A stretch of 64,000 nt of DNA, from positions 110,897 through 174,896 of the forward strand of contig JAAZAU010000012.1 of assembly GCA_012514175.1 (NCBI GenBank). Direction: 5' to 3'. Under the pieces are notes generated by a model. The model searched no databases, was not told where the DNA came from, and was given only the letters and a program-made list of their open reading frames with translations. Of the stretch, positions 1 through 11,168 are shown piece by piece (positions within the stretch are counted from its first letter, which is position 1; each line of letters starts with the position of its first letter). The DNA comes from Parcubacteria group bacterium (GTDB taxonomy: Bacteria > Patescibacteriota > Minisyncoccia > Phycocordibacterales > WO2-35-19). Made by a program: the position numbers and the translations under genes.

Positions 1-69
1 AAATATATCTTTAAAATTACTTAAAATCAATAAACTGGAAAAACAATTTTTTTATTGTAAAATAACGCT

Positions 70-1818
70 ATGACCGCAAACGCAATTAGAACAAAATATT
101 TGAAATTTTTTGAAAATAAAGGACACAAAATAATTCCAAGCGCTTCTTTAATTCCTGAAAACGATCCTTCTGTGCTTTTTACTACAGCCGGTATGCATCC
201 ATTGGTTCCTTTTCTTTTGGGAGAAAAACATCCAGCCGGAACCAAATTAGTCAATATTCAAAAATGCATTAGAACCGTAGACATAGAAGAGGTGGGGGAT
301 TATTGCCACCATACTTTTTTTGAAATGATGGGCAATTGGTCTCTTGGAGAATATTTCAAAAAGGAAGCAATTGAATTTAGTTTTGAATTTTTGACTTCGT
401 CAGAATGGTTAGGGCTTGATAAAAACAGAATAGCAGTTTCAGTTTTTGCTGGAGACGAAAATGCACCTTTTGATGAAGAAGCTTTTGAAAAATGGAAAAG
501 TCTGGGTATTTCTGAAAAAAGAATTGCCAAATTGCCAAAGAAAAATAATTGGTGGGGACCAGCGGGCGAAACTGGACCATGCGGACCAGACACCGAAATA
601 TTTTATTGGACAGGCGATCCAAAAGAAACGCCAGAAACTTTCAACGACGACAACCCAAAATGGTTAGAAATCTGGAACGACGTTTTTATGCAATACAACA
701 AAACCAAAGAAGGGAAATTTGAACCTTTGGCTCAAAAAAATGTAGATACTGGTATGGGATTAGAAAGAACACTCGCTGTTATTAACGGACTAGACGACAA
801 TTATAAAACTGAACTATTTTGGCCAATCATAGAAAAAATAGAAAATCTATCTAACCAAAAATATGAGGGAGAAAATATTAGAGTTATGCGCATTATCGCT
901 GATCATCTAAAAGCGGCAACTTTTATTTTAGGAGACGAGAAAGGTATAACTCCAAACAATACTGGTCAAGGTTATGTTTTGCGCCGACTTATTCGCCGAG
1001 CGGTAAGATATGGTAAGAATTTGAATATTTCCTCTTTTACTAAAGAAATCGCGGAAGTTGTTGTAAAAATGTATGGGGAAATTTATCCAGAACTTTCTAA
1101 AAATCAAAATTTCATTTTTACTAATCTTACCCAAGAAGAAGAAAAATTTGAAAAAACTTTAGAAAAAGGACTCAGAGAATTTGAAAAAGGCACCGATCCT
1201 TTCATACTTTTTACTACTTACGGTTTTCCGTTTGAATTAACTAAAGAGCTTGCTAAAGAAAAGGGAATTGAAATAGATCAAAATAAATTTAATGAAGAAT
1301 TAAAAAAACACCAAGAACTTTCTCGCACATCTAGCGCTGGTATGTTTAAAGGCGGACTTTCAGATAGCGGAGAAGAAACAAAAAAATTACACACAGCGAC
1401 ACATCTACTTCGTCGCGCGTTAGAAATTGTTTTAAATGAACCTATAATTCAAAGAGGGAGCAACATTAACGCCGAAAGACTAAGGTTTGATTTTGGGTTT
1501 AACAGAAAAATGACAGACGAAGAAAAACAAAAAGTGGAAGATTTGGTTAATCAAAAAATTTCTGAAAGTTTGCTAGTAAATAAAGTTATTATGAATATTG
1601 AGGAAGCTGAAAAAACTGGCGCGGTTCATTCTTTTGGAGACAAATATGGAGACGAGGTGAGTATTTATTATATCGGCGACTCTTTAGAAGACGCATGGTC
1701 TAAAGAATTTTGCGGTGGTCCTCATGTTTCTAAAACTTCTGAACTCGGAAAATTTAAAATCATCAAAGAAGAAGCAGTGGCTTCTGGTGTCCGAAGAATT
1801 AAAGCAACCTTAAGTTAA
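70..1818 (+). CDS. alaS: Alanine--tRNA ligase (compact form)
   Basis: DPSVLFTTAGM, HHTFFEMMGNWS, GPCGPDTEI, DTGMGLER, editing motifs HTATH and EFCGGPHV, ends GVRRIKA. Confidence 0.97.
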   Translation: MTANAIRTKYLKFFENKGHKIIPSASLIPENDPSVLFTTAGMHPLVPFLLGEKHPAGTKLVNIQKCIRTVDIEEVGDYCHHTFFEMMGNWSLGEYFKKEAIEFSFEFLTSSEWLGLDKNRIAVSVFAGDENAPFDEEAFEKWKSLGISEKRIAKLPKKNNWWGPAGETGPCGPDTEIFYWTGDPKETPETFNDDNPKWLEIWNDVFMQYNKTKEGKFEPLAQKNVDTGMGLERTLAVINGLDDNYKTELFWPIIEKIENLSNQKYEGENIRVMRIIADHLKAATFILGDEKGITPNNTGQGYVLRRLIRRAVRYGKNLNISSFTKEIAEVVVKMYGEIYPELSKNQNFIFTNLTQEEEKFEKTLEKGLREFEKGTDPFILFTTYGFPFELTKELAKEKGIEIDQNKFNEELKKHQELSRTSSAGMFKGGLSDSGEETKKLHTATHLLRRALEIVLNEPIIQRGSNINAERLRFDFGFNRKMTDEEKQKVEDLVNQKISESLLVNKVIMNIEEAEKTGAVHSFGDKYGDEVSIYYIGDSLEDAWSKEFCGGPHVSKTSELGKFKIIKEEAVASGVRRIKATLS

Positions 1819-1871
1819 GTTTTTTCCACAATATTTATTGTGTATAAACAAAATAAGTTTATAATATAGAT

Positions 1872-3296
1872 ATGTCAAAAATCCAATTTAGTGATGTTAC
1901 TCCTCCGGAGCGAAGAAGAAGTATTCGCGATATTCCTATACCAAGCAGTAAAAGAAAATCATCACCAACAAAAACAAAACCAGATATTACTCCAAAATCT
2001 TCTTCTCAAGAAGAGAATTTTATCAAGATTACACAAAAAAACACCGCCCCGCAAGCAGATTATTCTTCAGTTCCAGAAAATAGAAACGAGAGCGCTTACG
2101 AATATTATTATCCGAAAGAAAGACAGGTGCCAGGAAAATATTTCAACATCAACAAACCTAAAAGAGGCAGGTTTGTATTTGGGGGTATAGCTTTTTTGGT
2201 AATAATAGGCTTCATAGTTGGTATGATGACAATTTTTGCTTCAGCCACAATAGCAATAACCCCAAAGAGTCAAACTATAGGTGTTGATATGGAAATAGAC
2301 GCCTCTCTTGAAGCGGGCACTGAAGCAGTAAGATACGAGATTATAAAATTAGCTAAAACCAAATCAATTTCAGTTCCTGCTACTGGCGAAGAAGTTGTAG
2401 AACTTAAATCTTCCGGCAAAATAATCGTCTACAACAATTTTTCTACAGAACCTCAAAGGTTAATCGTGCGAACCAGATTTGAAAGTCCAAAAGGACTTAT
2501 ATATAGAATACCCGAGTCAATCGTTGTGCCAGGCAAAACTGTTAAAGATGGCAAAACTGTGCCAGGTAGTATAGAAGTTGAGGTATTTGCTGATGAAGCT
2601 GGAGAAAAATACAACATAGAAAAAACCGATTTTACAATCCCAGGATTTAAGAACGACTCGGCTCGTTATGCTGGATTTTACGCGAGATCTTCTACTGATT
2701 TAACTGGAGGATTTATTGGCAAGAAAAAAACTGTCCTACCAGCAGATAAAGAAACTGCTTTACAAAAAATTCAGTCCGAGATAGAGAACGAATTACAAAA
2801 AGAATTACAATCCAAAATTCCAGAAGATTTGGCTTTGTTGCAAGATTCAATAATCTTTAAATCAAAAGAGTTGCCAACCAAAGACGAAAGCTCATCTGTT
2901 TTATTAGAACAAGAAGTAACCGCATACGCCGTAACTTTAAACACAGAAAGTTTGTCTGAAAAAATCATTTCCGAATATATAGTTAACTCATCAGAATGGC
3001 AAGGTATTGAAGCTGTAGTCCAAGATTTTTCAGGTCTGAAAATAACAAGCTTACCGGAAAATCCTGAATCCGGCGAAAATATTAAATTAAAAATATCAGG
3101 GACAGCCAAAGTCAGAGCTGATATAGACACAGATGTTATAACTCAAAGACTTTTAAACGCCCCTAAAAAAGAAGCGGCCAAACTGATAGACGAATTTGCC
3201 GGTATTTCTAGTGTAACTTCCACCTTAAGGCCTCTTTGGAAACAAAGTTTTCCAAAAGACACCTATCGGTTGCATGTGGAAGTGGTTCCTAAATAA
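1872..3296 (+). CDS. Single-pass membrane protein of unknown function
   Basis: 474-aa ORF with low-complexity N-terminus and one hydrophobic segment; TATAAT 6 nt before ATG. Confidence 0.75.
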   Translation: MSKIQFSDVTPPERRRSIRDIPIPSSKRKSSPTKTKPDITPKSSSQEENFIKITQKNTAPQADYSSVPENRNESAYEYYYPKERQVPGKYFNINKPKRGRFVFGGIAFLVIIGFIVGMMTIFASATIAITPKSQTIGVDMEIDASLEAGTEAVRYEIIKLAKTKSISVPATGEEVVELKSSGKIIVYNNFSTEPQRLIVRTRFESPKGLIYRIPESIVVPGKTVKDGKTVPGSIEVEVFADEAGEKYNIEKTDFTIPGFKNDSARYAGFYARSSTDLTGGFIGKKKTVLPADKETALQKIQSEIENELQKELQSKIPEDLALLQDSIIFKSKELPTKDESSSVLLEQEVTAYAVTLNTESLSEKIISEYIVNSSEWQGIEAVVQDFSGLKITSLPENPESGENIKLKISGTAKVRADIDTDVITQRLLNAPKKEAAKLIDEFAGISSVTSTLRPLWKQSFPKDTYRLHVEVVPK

Positions 3297-3352
3297 ACAG
3301 CTTGACACTAATAAGACTTATATGATAAGCTTTCTTAGTCGTTTCATTTAAA

Positions 3353-3586
3353 ATGTCAGATAAAGAAAGGTCGGAAACTAGCGTCGGATCAGTAACGGAA
3401 GCCCTTCCGAACGCCCTTTTTCGTGTCAAAATGCAAAACGGTGAAGAAAAACTTGCATATTTGTCTGGCAGAATGAGATTAAACAGAATTAAAGTCTTAA
3501 TCGGAGATTCTGTGGAGATGATCCTTGATCCTTATGGAGGAAAAGGCAGAATTGTCCGCAGACTTGATAATAAACGACCAACTTAA
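3353..3586 (+). CDS. infA: Translation initiation factor IF-1
   Basis: GSVTEALPNALFRV, AYLSGRMRLNRIKVLIGD, GRIVRR. Confidence 0.96.
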   Translation: MSDKERSETSVGSVTEALPNALFRVKMQNGEEKLAYLSGRMRLNRIKVLIGDSVEMILDPYGGKGRIVRRLDNKRPT

Positions 3587-3593
3587 AAAATGA

Positions 3594-3668
3594 ATCCCGT
3601 TAGAAGTACGGGAATCAGCGCGGTTTATAGGTTTGAAATTATAAATTATTTAATACTTCTAACAGGAT
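3594..3668. repeat. Short element with terminal inverted repeats (MITE-like) at the rpmJ start
   Basis: ATCCCGTTAGAAGTA ... TACTTCTAACAGGAT (14/15 complementary); ATGAA at both ends. Confidence 0.5.
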
Positions 3669-3783
3669 GAAAGTAAAAGCTTCTATAAAGAAAATATGCA
3701 CCAAATGCAAACTCGTCCGTAGGAGAGGGGTTTTGTTTGTCATATGTAAAAGCAATCCAAAACACAAACAAAGACAAGGTTAA
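3667..3783 (+). CDS. rpmJ: 50S ribosomal protein L36 (absent from ORF track)
   Basis: Translated by hand: [38 protein letters not shown]; lies between infA and rpsM. Confidence 0.97.
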   Translation: MKVKASIKKICTKCKLVRRRGVLFVICKSNPKHKQRQG

Positions 3784-3805
3784 AATTAAATTTTAAATAT
3801 CAAAA

Positions 3806-4186
3806 ATGCGTATATTAGGAATTACAATACCAGACGACAAAAGACTTGAAATAGGACTTACCACTTTGTTTGGAATAGGTCGCTCAAGAGCTAAGAAAAT
3901 TTTGGATGAAGCTAAGGTAGATTGGGGCACTACCGCTAAGGATTTAAGCGAAGAAAAAGAAAACGAAATCAAAAAAATAATAGAAAGATTAAAGATTGAA
4001 GGGGACTTAAAAAGAGAAGTTTCTGGCAACATTAAAAGACTGAAAGATATAAAATGTTACAGAGGCATCCGACATATGCGTTCATTACCAACTAGAGGCC
4101 AAAGAACCAAAACCAACTCTCGCACACGCAGAGGTAACGTTAGAAAAACTATGGGCACTGGTCGCAGAGCTGTAGATAAGAAATAA
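3806..4186 (+). CDS. rpsM: 30S ribosomal protein S13
   Basis: RILGITIP, YRGIRH, LPTRGQRTKTNSRTR. Confidence 0.98.
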   Translation: MRILGITIPDDKRLEIGLTTLFGIGRSRAKKILDEAKVDWGTTAKDLSEEKENEIKKIIERLKIEGDLKREVSGNIKRLKDIKCYRGIRHMRSLPTRGQRTKTNSRTRRGNVRKTMGTGRRAVDKK

Positions 4187-4196
4187 AATAACTAAT

Positions 4197-4628
4197 ATGG
4201 GGAAAAAAAGAATTGTAAAAACAGAAGGAGAAACAGGAACTGAAGATGTAAAAAAAACAACCAAAGTTTCTAGCAAAAGAAAAGTTGAGACTGGCATACT
4301 TTATGTCAGATCTACTTTTAACAATACCGAGTTAGTGCTCACTGACAAGAAAGGCAACGTCTTAGCTAGCGAATCTAGCGGTAAACTTGGTTTTAAAGGA
4401 GCCAAAAAAGGCACTCCGTTTGCAGCCGCCAAAGTCGGTGAAGCCCTGGCTGTTAAAGCCCAAACTATCGGCATTAAAGAAGTTGGTGTAGTAGTAAAAG
4501 GTATTGGCTCTGGACGAGAATCCGGAATCAGAGGTTTTATTTCTAAAGGCGTTAATATTTCTTATATCAGGGACGCCACCCCGGTGCCTCACAACGGACC
4601 AAAACCTAGAAAACCAAGAAGAGTATAA
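4197..4628 (+). CDS. rpsK: 30S ribosomal protein S11
   Basis: STFNNT, GFKGAKKGTPFAA, DATPVPHNG. Confidence 0.98.
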   Translation: MGKKRIVKTEGETGTEDVKKTTKVSSKRKVETGILYVRSTFNNTELVLTDKKGNVLASESSGKLGFKGAKKGTPFAAAKVGEALAVKAQTIGIKEVGVVVKGIGSGRESGIRGFISKGVNISYIRDATPVPHNGPKPRKPRRV

Positions 4629-4640
4629 AAAAATAAAATT

Positions 4641-5246
4641 ATGAAAATCGGACCAAAATACAAAATAGCAAGAAGATTAAAAACACCTATTTTTGAGAAA
4701 ACTCAAACTCAAAAATTTAGTTTGAGACAAGATCGTAAATCTTCAAGATCAAAATTTTTCAAACCAAAAACTGATTATGGTTTGCAAATGGACGAAAAGC
4801 AAAAAGCTAGGATGTTTTATTGTGTAGGCGAAAAACAATTCTCAAAATATGTCAGAGAAGCCTTGGCTAAAAAAACAGGTTCTCCAGCTTCCAATCTCCT
4901 TAGATCTCTTGAACAAAGATTGGACAACGTGATTTGGAGAGCGGGTCTTTTGCCAACACATTTAGCTGCGAGACAAGCTGTTGCTCATGGTCATTTTCTA
5001 GTTAACGGTAAAAAAACATACGTTCCATCTTTTTCAGTAAAAGAAGGTGACAAAATCACCATCCGTGAAGGAAGCAAGAACAGCAAACTTTGGAGCAATC
5101 TTGAAAACGGCAGAGAAGTTCAAGAACCTGATTGGATGTCTTGGGATAATAATAAAAAAGAACTCACCATAAAAGACGGTTCTTTTACTGAAACTGCAGA
5201 TTTGATGTTTGATCTTGGGCAAGTGATTGAATTTTATCAAAGATAA
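4641..5246 (+). CDS. rpsD: 30S ribosomal protein S4
   Basis: LEQRLDNVIWR, ARQAVAHGH, IEFYQR. Confidence 0.97.
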   Translation: MKIGPKYKIARRLKTPIFEKTQTQKFSLRQDRKSSRSKFFKPKTDYGLQMDEKQKARMFYCVGEKQFSKYVREALAKKTGSPASNLLRSLEQRLDNVIWRAGLLPTHLAARQAVAHGHFLVNGKKTYVPSFSVKEGDKITIREGSKNSKLWSNLENGREVQEPDWMSWDNNKKELTIKDGSFTETADLMFDLGQVIEFYQR

Positions 5247-5291
5247 TATTTTATAAAAATTTTGTTAGATTTTTAGTTAACTTTTAATATT

Positions 5292-6275
5292 ATGAACGAC
5301 AATTTTGATAAAGTTATAGTTTTGCCTTCAAAACCAAAAGTGGTATTAGATGAAGGCAACAAGGGAATTTTTGAGATAGATGGATTCTATCCTGGATTCG
5401 GCTACACCGTAGGCAACAGCTTAAGACGCATTATCTTGTCTTCTTTGCCTGGCGCCGCCGTAACTTCAATGAAAATAAATGGTGTAGATCATGAGTTTTC
5501 TTCTATCAAAGGAGTAAAAGAAGACGTAGTGATGATAATGCTCAATCTCAAAAAACTCAGGATAAGAATGATTACAGACGAACCACAAACTCTTACTCTG
5601 AAAGCTAAAGGAGTTAAAGAAGTAACCGCAGGGGATATTGAAGTCCCTGGTCAAATAGAAATAATGAACCCAGAACTTTTAATTGCCACTTTAACTGATA
5701 AAGATTCGGAATTAGAAATGGAAATGACGGTAGAAAAAGGTTTAGGTTTTATTAGTCGCGATCTGTCTAACAGAAACAAGGTTGATATTGGCACCATAGT
5801 ATTAGACGCCAACTTCACCCCAATCAGAAGAGTTAGTTACGAAGTAGAAAATATGCGAGTCGGCGATCGCACTGACTTTAACCGACTTCGTATCTCCTTA
5901 GAAACCGATGGCAGTATCTCTCCTAAAGAATCACTTGAAAAATCTATCAACATTATGATAGAACAATTGAAGGCCATTACTGGTTTTGAGGATAAAGAAG
6001 AAATTGTAAATGAATCAGTTTCTGATAGCGAAACCGCCGAGGAAGAAAATGAGAGCAATGCCCAAAAAATGGATCCAGAATTTCTTAAAACCAGAATAGA
6101 AAATTTAGAGCTCTCAACTAGAACTATGAATGCTCTTTCTAGCGCCAACATTAGAACCATTGGTGGTTTAGCTAGAAAAAAAGAAAAAGACATTCTTGAA
6201 ATAGAAGGCTTGGGCGCTAAAGGAGTTGCTGAAATCAAAAGAGTTTTAGCTGAACACGGTATAACATTAAAGTAA
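5292..6275 (+). CDS. rpoA: RNA polymerase alpha subunit
   Basis: GFGYTVGNSLRRIILSS, HEFSSIKGVKEDV, DANFTPI, alpha-CTD. Confidence 0.98.
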   Translation: MNDNFDKVIVLPSKPKVVLDEGNKGIFEIDGFYPGFGYTVGNSLRRIILSSLPGAAVTSMKINGVDHEFSSIKGVKEDVVMIMLNLKKLRIRMITDEPQTLTLKAKGVKEVTAGDIEVPGQIEIMNPELLIATLTDKDSELEMEMTVEKGLGFISRDLSNRNKVDIGTIVLDANFTPIRRVSYEVENMRVGDRTDFNRLRISLETDGSISPKESLEKSINIMIEQLKAITGFEDKEEIVNESVSDSETAEEENESNAQKMDPEFLKTRIENLELSTRTMNALSSANIRTIGGLARKKEKDILEIEGLGAKGVAEIKRVLAEHGITLK

Positions 6276-6276
6276 G

Positions 6277-6624
6277 ATGAGACATCATAACGCAAACAGA
6301 AAATTTGGTAGGGTCAGAAAAGTGAGAGTAGCTTTGCTTAATTCTCTTGCTCGTTCTTTGGTGTTGCATAAAAAAATTGAAACCACCGAACCAAAAGCTA
6401 AAGAACTTAGACCTTTCATAGAAAAACTGGTAACCAAAAGCAAGCTACAAACTGTCGCTTCAAGAAGAGCGGTTTCTGCCAAAATTGGTCCAAAAGCCAC
6501 CAAAATACTGTTTGATGATATTTCCAAAAAGTATGATGATCGCAAGGGTGGCTTTACGAGAATAGTAAAAACTGGTAGAAGACTTTCAGACGGTAGCAAA
6601 ATGGCTATAATAGAATTTATATAA
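6277..6624 (+). CDS. rplQ: 50S ribosomal protein L17
   Basis: MRH, IETTEPKAKELR, GGFTRIVK. Confidence 0.97.
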   Translation: MRHHNANRKFGRVRKVRVALLNSLARSLVLHKKIETTEPKAKELRPFIEKLVTKSKLQTVASRRAVSAKIGPKATKILFDDISKKYDDRKGGFTRIVKTGRRLSDGSKMAIIEFI

Positions 6625-6626
6625 AA

Positions 6627-6992
6627 ATGGAAAAAGAAAAAAATAAAAAAGAATACGAATTGGACGCGCAAGATCAAAAATTGGGCAGGTTGGCAAGTCA
6701 GATAGCTTCTTTATTAATGGGTAAAAATCGTCCAGATTTTGTCCGTAACGCTATCCCTGAAATCAAAGTTAAAGTCATCAATGCTAGCAAGATTCCAGTG
6801 ACTAACAAAAAAAAGATTTCCAAATTTTATAAAAGTTATTCAGGCTATCCGGGAGGTCTTAAAGAAACAAGTATGAAAAAAGTTATTGCCGATAAGGGAA
6901 TGGGAGAAACTTTAAGAATTGCCGTGAGAGGAATGTTGCCAAAAAACAAACTCAGAGATAGGATGATGAAAAACTTAACAATCAGTGAATAA
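6627..6992 (+). CDS. rplM: 50S ribosomal protein L13
   Basis: DAQDQKLGRLAS, SGYPGGLK, AVRGMLPKN. Confidence 0.96.
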   Translation: MEKEKNKKEYELDAQDQKLGRLASQIASLLMGKNRPDFVRNAIPEIKVKVINASKIPVTNKKKISKFYKSYSGYPGGLKETSMKKVIADKGMGETLRIAVRGMLPKNKLRDRMMKNLTISE

Positions 6993-6993
6993 A

Positions 6994-7401
6994 ATGACAA
7001 CAGAAAACAAAAAAGAAAAATACACCGAAGCTACAGGCAGAAGAAAAACTTCTGTCGCCAGAATTCGTATTACCCCAGCTTCTAAAACCTCTTTCAAAAT
7101 TAATGAGCGTGATTTTGCTAGTTATTTTCCAACAGAAGAACTTCGTAAATTAGTGGAAGAACCTCTTGAAAAATCAAAACTTGGCACTTTCACCATTACC
7201 GCTGTTATTAAGGGTGGTGGCATTCATTCTCAAGCGGAAGCTATGCAACACGGCATTTCTAGGGCTTTAGTTAATTTTGACCCATCTTCAAGAACCAAAC
7301 TGAAAACTCTTGGTTTTCTTAAGAGAGATCCTAGAGCTAAAGAACGCCACAAATTCGGTCTCAAAAAAGCTCGTAAAGCTCCACAGTGGAGTAAAAGATA
7401 A
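6994..7401 (+). CDS. rpsI: 30S ribosomal protein S9
   Basis: TGRRKTSVAR, GGGIHSQA, ends PQWSKR; ATG 6994 preferred to GTG 6985. Confidence 0.97.
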   Translation: MTTENKKEKYTEATGRRKTSVARIRITPASKTSFKINERDFASYFPTEELRKLVEEPLEKSKLGTFTITAVIKGGGIHSQAEAMQHGISRALVNFDPSSRTKLKTLGFLKRDPRAKERHKFGLKKARKAPQWSKR

Positions 7402-7402
7402 T

Positions 7403-7432
7403 AAAAAATCTCGGTTTATTCCGAGATTTTTT
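7403..7432 (+). terminator. Intrinsic terminator of the ribosomal protein operon
   Basis: aaaaaatctcgg-tttatt-ccgagatttttt. Confidence 0.8.
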
Positions 7433-7475
7433 AGAGTTGATTTTTTTCTAAAAAAGAGTAAAATATTGTTATCTT

Positions 7476-8060
7476 ATGAATAAAAACAAAGAAAAAAACC
7501 GCTCAGAAGAAGAAGCGGAGGATATAATTTTTGAAGAAGAAATAGATGAAGACGGTCAAAGCGACCCGATAGCAACCATCAAAAAACTTCGGCAAAAAAT
7601 AAAAGTTTTAGAAGAAAAATCCCAAGAATATTTAACTGGTTGGCAAAGAGAAAGAGCTGACGCCATCAATCTTAAAAAACGTCTAGAAGAAGAGAAAAGG
7701 GATTTTGCCAAGTTCGCCAAAGAAGATATCGCCACCGAACTTATGTCAGTTTTAGATTCATTTGAATCAGCTTTCAAAAATAAAGAAGTTTGGGAAAAGG
7801 TTGATAAAAATTGGAGAATAGGCATAGAACACATCCACAACCAACTTATAAGCGTTCTCTCCAATCACGGAATAAGCATCATCTCACCTTTAGGAGAAAT
7901 TTTTGATCCAAAAAGAGACGAAGCGGTAGAAGTAGTCCCAGTAAAAGACAAAAAAGATGATCAAAAAATAGTTGAAGTAACTAGCATTGGATACAAAATT
8001 CATGATAGAATAATCCGCGCTCCTAAAGTTAAAGTTGGAGAATTTAAAGTTGAAAATTAA
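7476..8060 (+). CDS. grpE: Nucleotide exchange factor GrpE
   Basis: WQRERAD, FDPKRDEAV, GYKIHDRIIRAPKVKV; upstream of dnaK. Confidence 0.95.
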   Translation: MNKNKEKNRSEEEAEDIIFEEEIDEDGQSDPIATIKKLRQKIKVLEEKSQEYLTGWQRERADAINLKKRLEEEKRDFAKFAKEDIATELMSVLDSFESAFKNKEVWEKVDKNWRIGIEHIHNQLISVLSNHGISIISPLGEIFDPKRDEAVEVVPVKDKKDDQKIVEVTSIGYKIHDRIIRAPKVKVGEFKVEN

Positions 8061-8107
8061 ATATTACCAGATTATTTAAAAATTAATAAATTAATAAATT
8101 AAAAAAT

Positions 8108-10003
8108 ATGTCTAAGATAATAGGAATAGATTTAGGGACCACCAACTGTGCGGTTGCGGTAATGGAATCAGGAGAACCGAAAATCATAGAAAATAGCGAG
8201 GGTGCACGCACCACACCATCAATCGTAGCCATATCTAAAACAGGTGAAAGATTGGCAGGCCTTTTAGCTAGAAGACAAGCTGTCACCAACCCTCAAAATA
8301 CCGTCTTTGGCATCAAAAGATTCATCGGTCACAATTTTGATGAACCAGCAATACAAAAAGACAAAGACACTGCGCCATTTGAGATTTCCAAATCCGACAC
8401 GGGGAGCGTGCAAGTCAAAATGAACGATCACATATACAGGCCAGAAGAAATTTCCGCTATGATTCTTACCAAACTAAAAACTGATGCTGAAGCCAAATTG
8501 GGAGAAAAAATTACTGAAGCTATCATCACCGTCCCGGCATACTTCAATGACGCGCAAAGAAAAGCCACTAAGGATGCTGGCCAGATAGCAGGTCTTGATG
8601 TGAAGAGAATAATCAACGAACCCACCGCGGCTGCTCTCGCTTACGGTTTTAACAAAAAGAAAAATGAGCAAATCGCAGTTTTTGACTTTGGTGGCGGGAC
8701 TTTTGATATCTCCATACTTGAGGTCGCTGATGATGTAGTTGAAGTTAAAGCTACTGACGGTGACTCACACTTGGGTGGTAAAGATATTGATCAAAAAATT
8801 ATCAACTGGCTTGCAAATGAGTTTAAGAAAGAATCGGGTATTGATATCACTAAAGACCCTTTGGCTCTCCAACGTCTTGATGAAGCTGCTGAAAAAGCGA
8901 AAATAGAACTTTCTTCTACCACCGAAACCGAGGTCAACATTCCATTTATTACATCCGACGCTTCTGGTCCAAGACACTTACTCATTAAGATGAACCGCGC
9001 TAAATTAGAAGAAATCGCGGATGAATTCATTCAAAGAGCCATAGATATTACAAAACGCGCCATAGAAAGTTCGCCATTTAACGTGGGTGATATTGATGAA
9101 ATTGTGCTCGTTGGTGGACAAACCAGAATGCCAAAAGTAGTAGAGGAGGTGAAAAAGTTTTTTGGTAAAGAACCAAACAAGAGCATTAACCCTGACGAAG
9201 TGGTCGCACTCGGCGCCGCTATTCAAGGTGGTATTATTGGTGGTGAAGTTAAAGATATTTTACTTCTTGATGTGATTCCGCTTTCTTTAGGATTGGAAAC
9301 TATGGGCGGTGTAGCCACTAAACTCATTGAACGCAACACCACCATTCCAGCTTCCAAATCTCAAATATTTTCAACTGCCGCTGACAATCAAACCTCTGTT
9401 GAAATCCATATCGTTCAAGGAGAGCGACCTCTTGCTAGCGACAACCGCACTTTAGGCAGATTTATTCTTGATGGTATTCCACCAGCACCTCGTGGCACAC
9501 CTCAAATTGAAGTAACCTTTGACATTGACGCTAATGGTATTTTGAATGTCAAAGCTAAAGATAAATCTAGCAACAAAGAGCAGTCTATAAGAATTGAAGG
9601 TAGTTCTGGACTTTCTAAAGAAGAAATAGAAAAAATGCAAAAAGACGCTGAAGCTCACGCCGCTGACGACGCTAAAAAGAAAGAAATTGCTGAAGCCAAA
9701 AACTTAGCTGAACAACTCATTTACACCACCGAAAAAGCACTCAAAGACGCGGAAGGAAAAATTTCTGACGAAATTAAAAAAGGAGTAGAAGAAAAAGTTG
9801 TCGAACTTAAAAACGTAAAAGATCAAAACGATATTTCTGCTATCAAAACTGCCACCGAAAATCTCTCTAAAGAAATTCAAAAAATAGGGGAGTATATGCA
9901 AAAAAATCCTCAACAAGGTGGAACCGCTACTGAAAGCTCTAGCGAGTCAAAAGAAGAACCTAAATCAGAAGAACAAAAGCCTTCTGAAGAAGAAAATAAG
10001 TAA
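8108..10003 (+). CDS. dnaK: Chaperone DnaK
   Basis: [24 protein letters not shown]. Confidence 0.99.
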   Translation: MSKIIGIDLGTTNCAVAVMESGEPKIIENSEGARTTPSIVAISKTGERLAGLLARRQAVTNPQNTVFGIKRFIGHNFDEPAIQKDKDTAPFEISKSDTGSVQVKMNDHIYRPEEISAMILTKLKTDAEAKLGEKITEAIITVPAYFNDAQRKATKDAGQIAGLDVKRIINEPTAAALAYGFNKKKNEQIAVFDFGGGTFDISILEVADDVVEVKATDGDSHLGGKDIDQKIINWLANEFKKESGIDITKDPLALQRLDEAAEKAKIELSSTTETEVNIPFITSDASGPRHLLIKMNRAKLEEIADEFIQRAIDITKRAIESSPFNVGDIDEIVLVGGQTRMPKVVEEVKKFFGKEPNKSINPDEVVALGAAIQGGIIGGEVKDILLLDVIPLSLGLETMGGVATKLIERNTTIPASKSQIFSTAADNQTSVEIHIVQGERPLASDNRTLGRFILDGIPPAPRGTPQIEVTFDIDANGILNVKAKDKSSNKEQSIRIEGSSGLSKEEIEKMQKDAEAHAADDAKKKEIAEAKNLAEQLIYTTEKALKDAEGKISDEIKKGVEEKVVELKNVKDQNDISAIKTATENLSKEIQKIGEYMQKNPQQGGTATESSSESKEEPKSEEQKPSEEENK

Positions 10004-10010
10004 AAAAAAC

Positions 10011-10043
10011 AAATAAAACCACGACAAAAACGTGGTTTTATTT
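10011..10043 (+). terminator. Hairpin/terminator after dnaK
   Basis: aaataaaaccacg-N7-cgtggttttattt followed by a T tract. Confidence 0.7.
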
Positions 10044-10073
10044 TTTCTTAAAATGTGATATAATAAGGGTTAT

Positions 10074-11168
10074 ATGGCAAAAAACTACTATGAAATTTTG
10101 GGTGTGGACAAAACGGCTTCAAAAGACGAAATAAAAAAGGCTTTTAGGAAATTAGCGCACAAATACCACCCCGACAAAAAAGACGGTGATGCGGACAAAT
10201 TTAAAGAAATAAACGAAGCTTACACCGTGCTTTCAGATGATCAAAAAAGACAGCAATACGACACCTTCGGACAAAGCTTTGCGGGTGGTCAAGGTGGTGG
10301 TTTTACTGGCAATTGGGAAGACATAATGAGACAGTCTGGTTTTGATTTTTCAGGTTTTACAAATCAAGGAGGGTTTTCCGCTGAAGGTTTTGATTTAGGA
10401 GATATTTTTGGAGAATTTTTTGGTGGTGGTCGTAGAAGCGGTAGAGTTAAGAGAGGCAGAGACATTTCCATAGATATTGAACTTTCCTTTGAAGAATCAA
10501 TTTTTGGAATAGAAAAAGCTATCTTGCTGAACAAAGTTTCAGTTTGTCAAACTTGTGAAGGATCTGGCGCCAAAAAAGGCACCGAGATGAAAACCTGCGA
10601 AACTTGTAACGGCAGGGGCACCATAAGAGAACTGAAAAGGTCTATCTTTGGTTCAATTGAAATGACACGCGCTTGCGAAACTTGTAGTGGCACCGGCAAA
10701 ACACCAAAAGAAAAATGTCCGATTTGCGCCGGTCTTGGTGTTTTCAAAAAAGAAGAAGAAATTAAAATAAAAATCCCAGCTGGTATAGAACATGGAGAGA
10801 TGGTCAAACTCGCTGGCGCAGGTGAAGCGATTAAAGGTGGAGCTTCTGGTGACCTTTACATAAAAATTCACGTTAAAAACCACAAAATTTTTCGCAAAGC
10901 AGGCAATGATTTAATAATGAATCTAGAAATTAAGCTTTCAGACGCACTCCTGGGCGCTAAAATAGATGTTCAAACCCTAGACGGACTTTCCACATTAGAT
11001 ATACCAGAAGGCACCAGTAATGGCGATATTTTACGAATTAAAGGTAAAGGTGTCCCACAAGGCAGGAGTCGGGGGGATATTTTGGTTAACGTAAAGGTAA
11101 TAATGCCTAAAAAACTTTCCAAATCTGCTCGCGAATCTATCCAAAAACTCAAAGAAGAAGGAATATAA
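10074..11168 (+). CDS. dnaJ: Chaperone DnaJ
   Basis: J-domain HPD, G/F-rich region, four CxxCxGxG motifs. Confidence 0.98.
   Translation: MAKNYYEILGVDKTASKDEIKKAFRKLAHKYHPDKKDGDADKFKEINEAYTVLSDDQKRQQYDTFGQSFAGGQGGGFTGNWEDIMRQSGFDFSGFTNQGGFSAEGFDLGDIFGEFFGGGRRSGRVKRGRDISIDIELSFEESIFGIEKAILLNKVSVCQTCEGSGAKKGTEMKTCETCNGRGTIRELKRSIFGSIEMTRACETCSGTGKTPKEKCPICAGLGVFKKEEEIKIKIPAGIEHGEMVKLAGAGEAIKGGASGDLYIKIHVKNHKIFRKAGNDLIMNLEIKLSDALLGAKIDVQTLDGLSTLDIPEGTSNGDILRIKGKGVPQGRSRGDILVNVKVIMPKKLSKSARESIQKLKEEGI

Noticed and set aside
70-1818. Short AlaRS (and short AspRS at 30752-32152) as possible pseudogenes
   Set aside because: Catalytic motifs are intact; compact synthetases are expected in reduced CPR genomes
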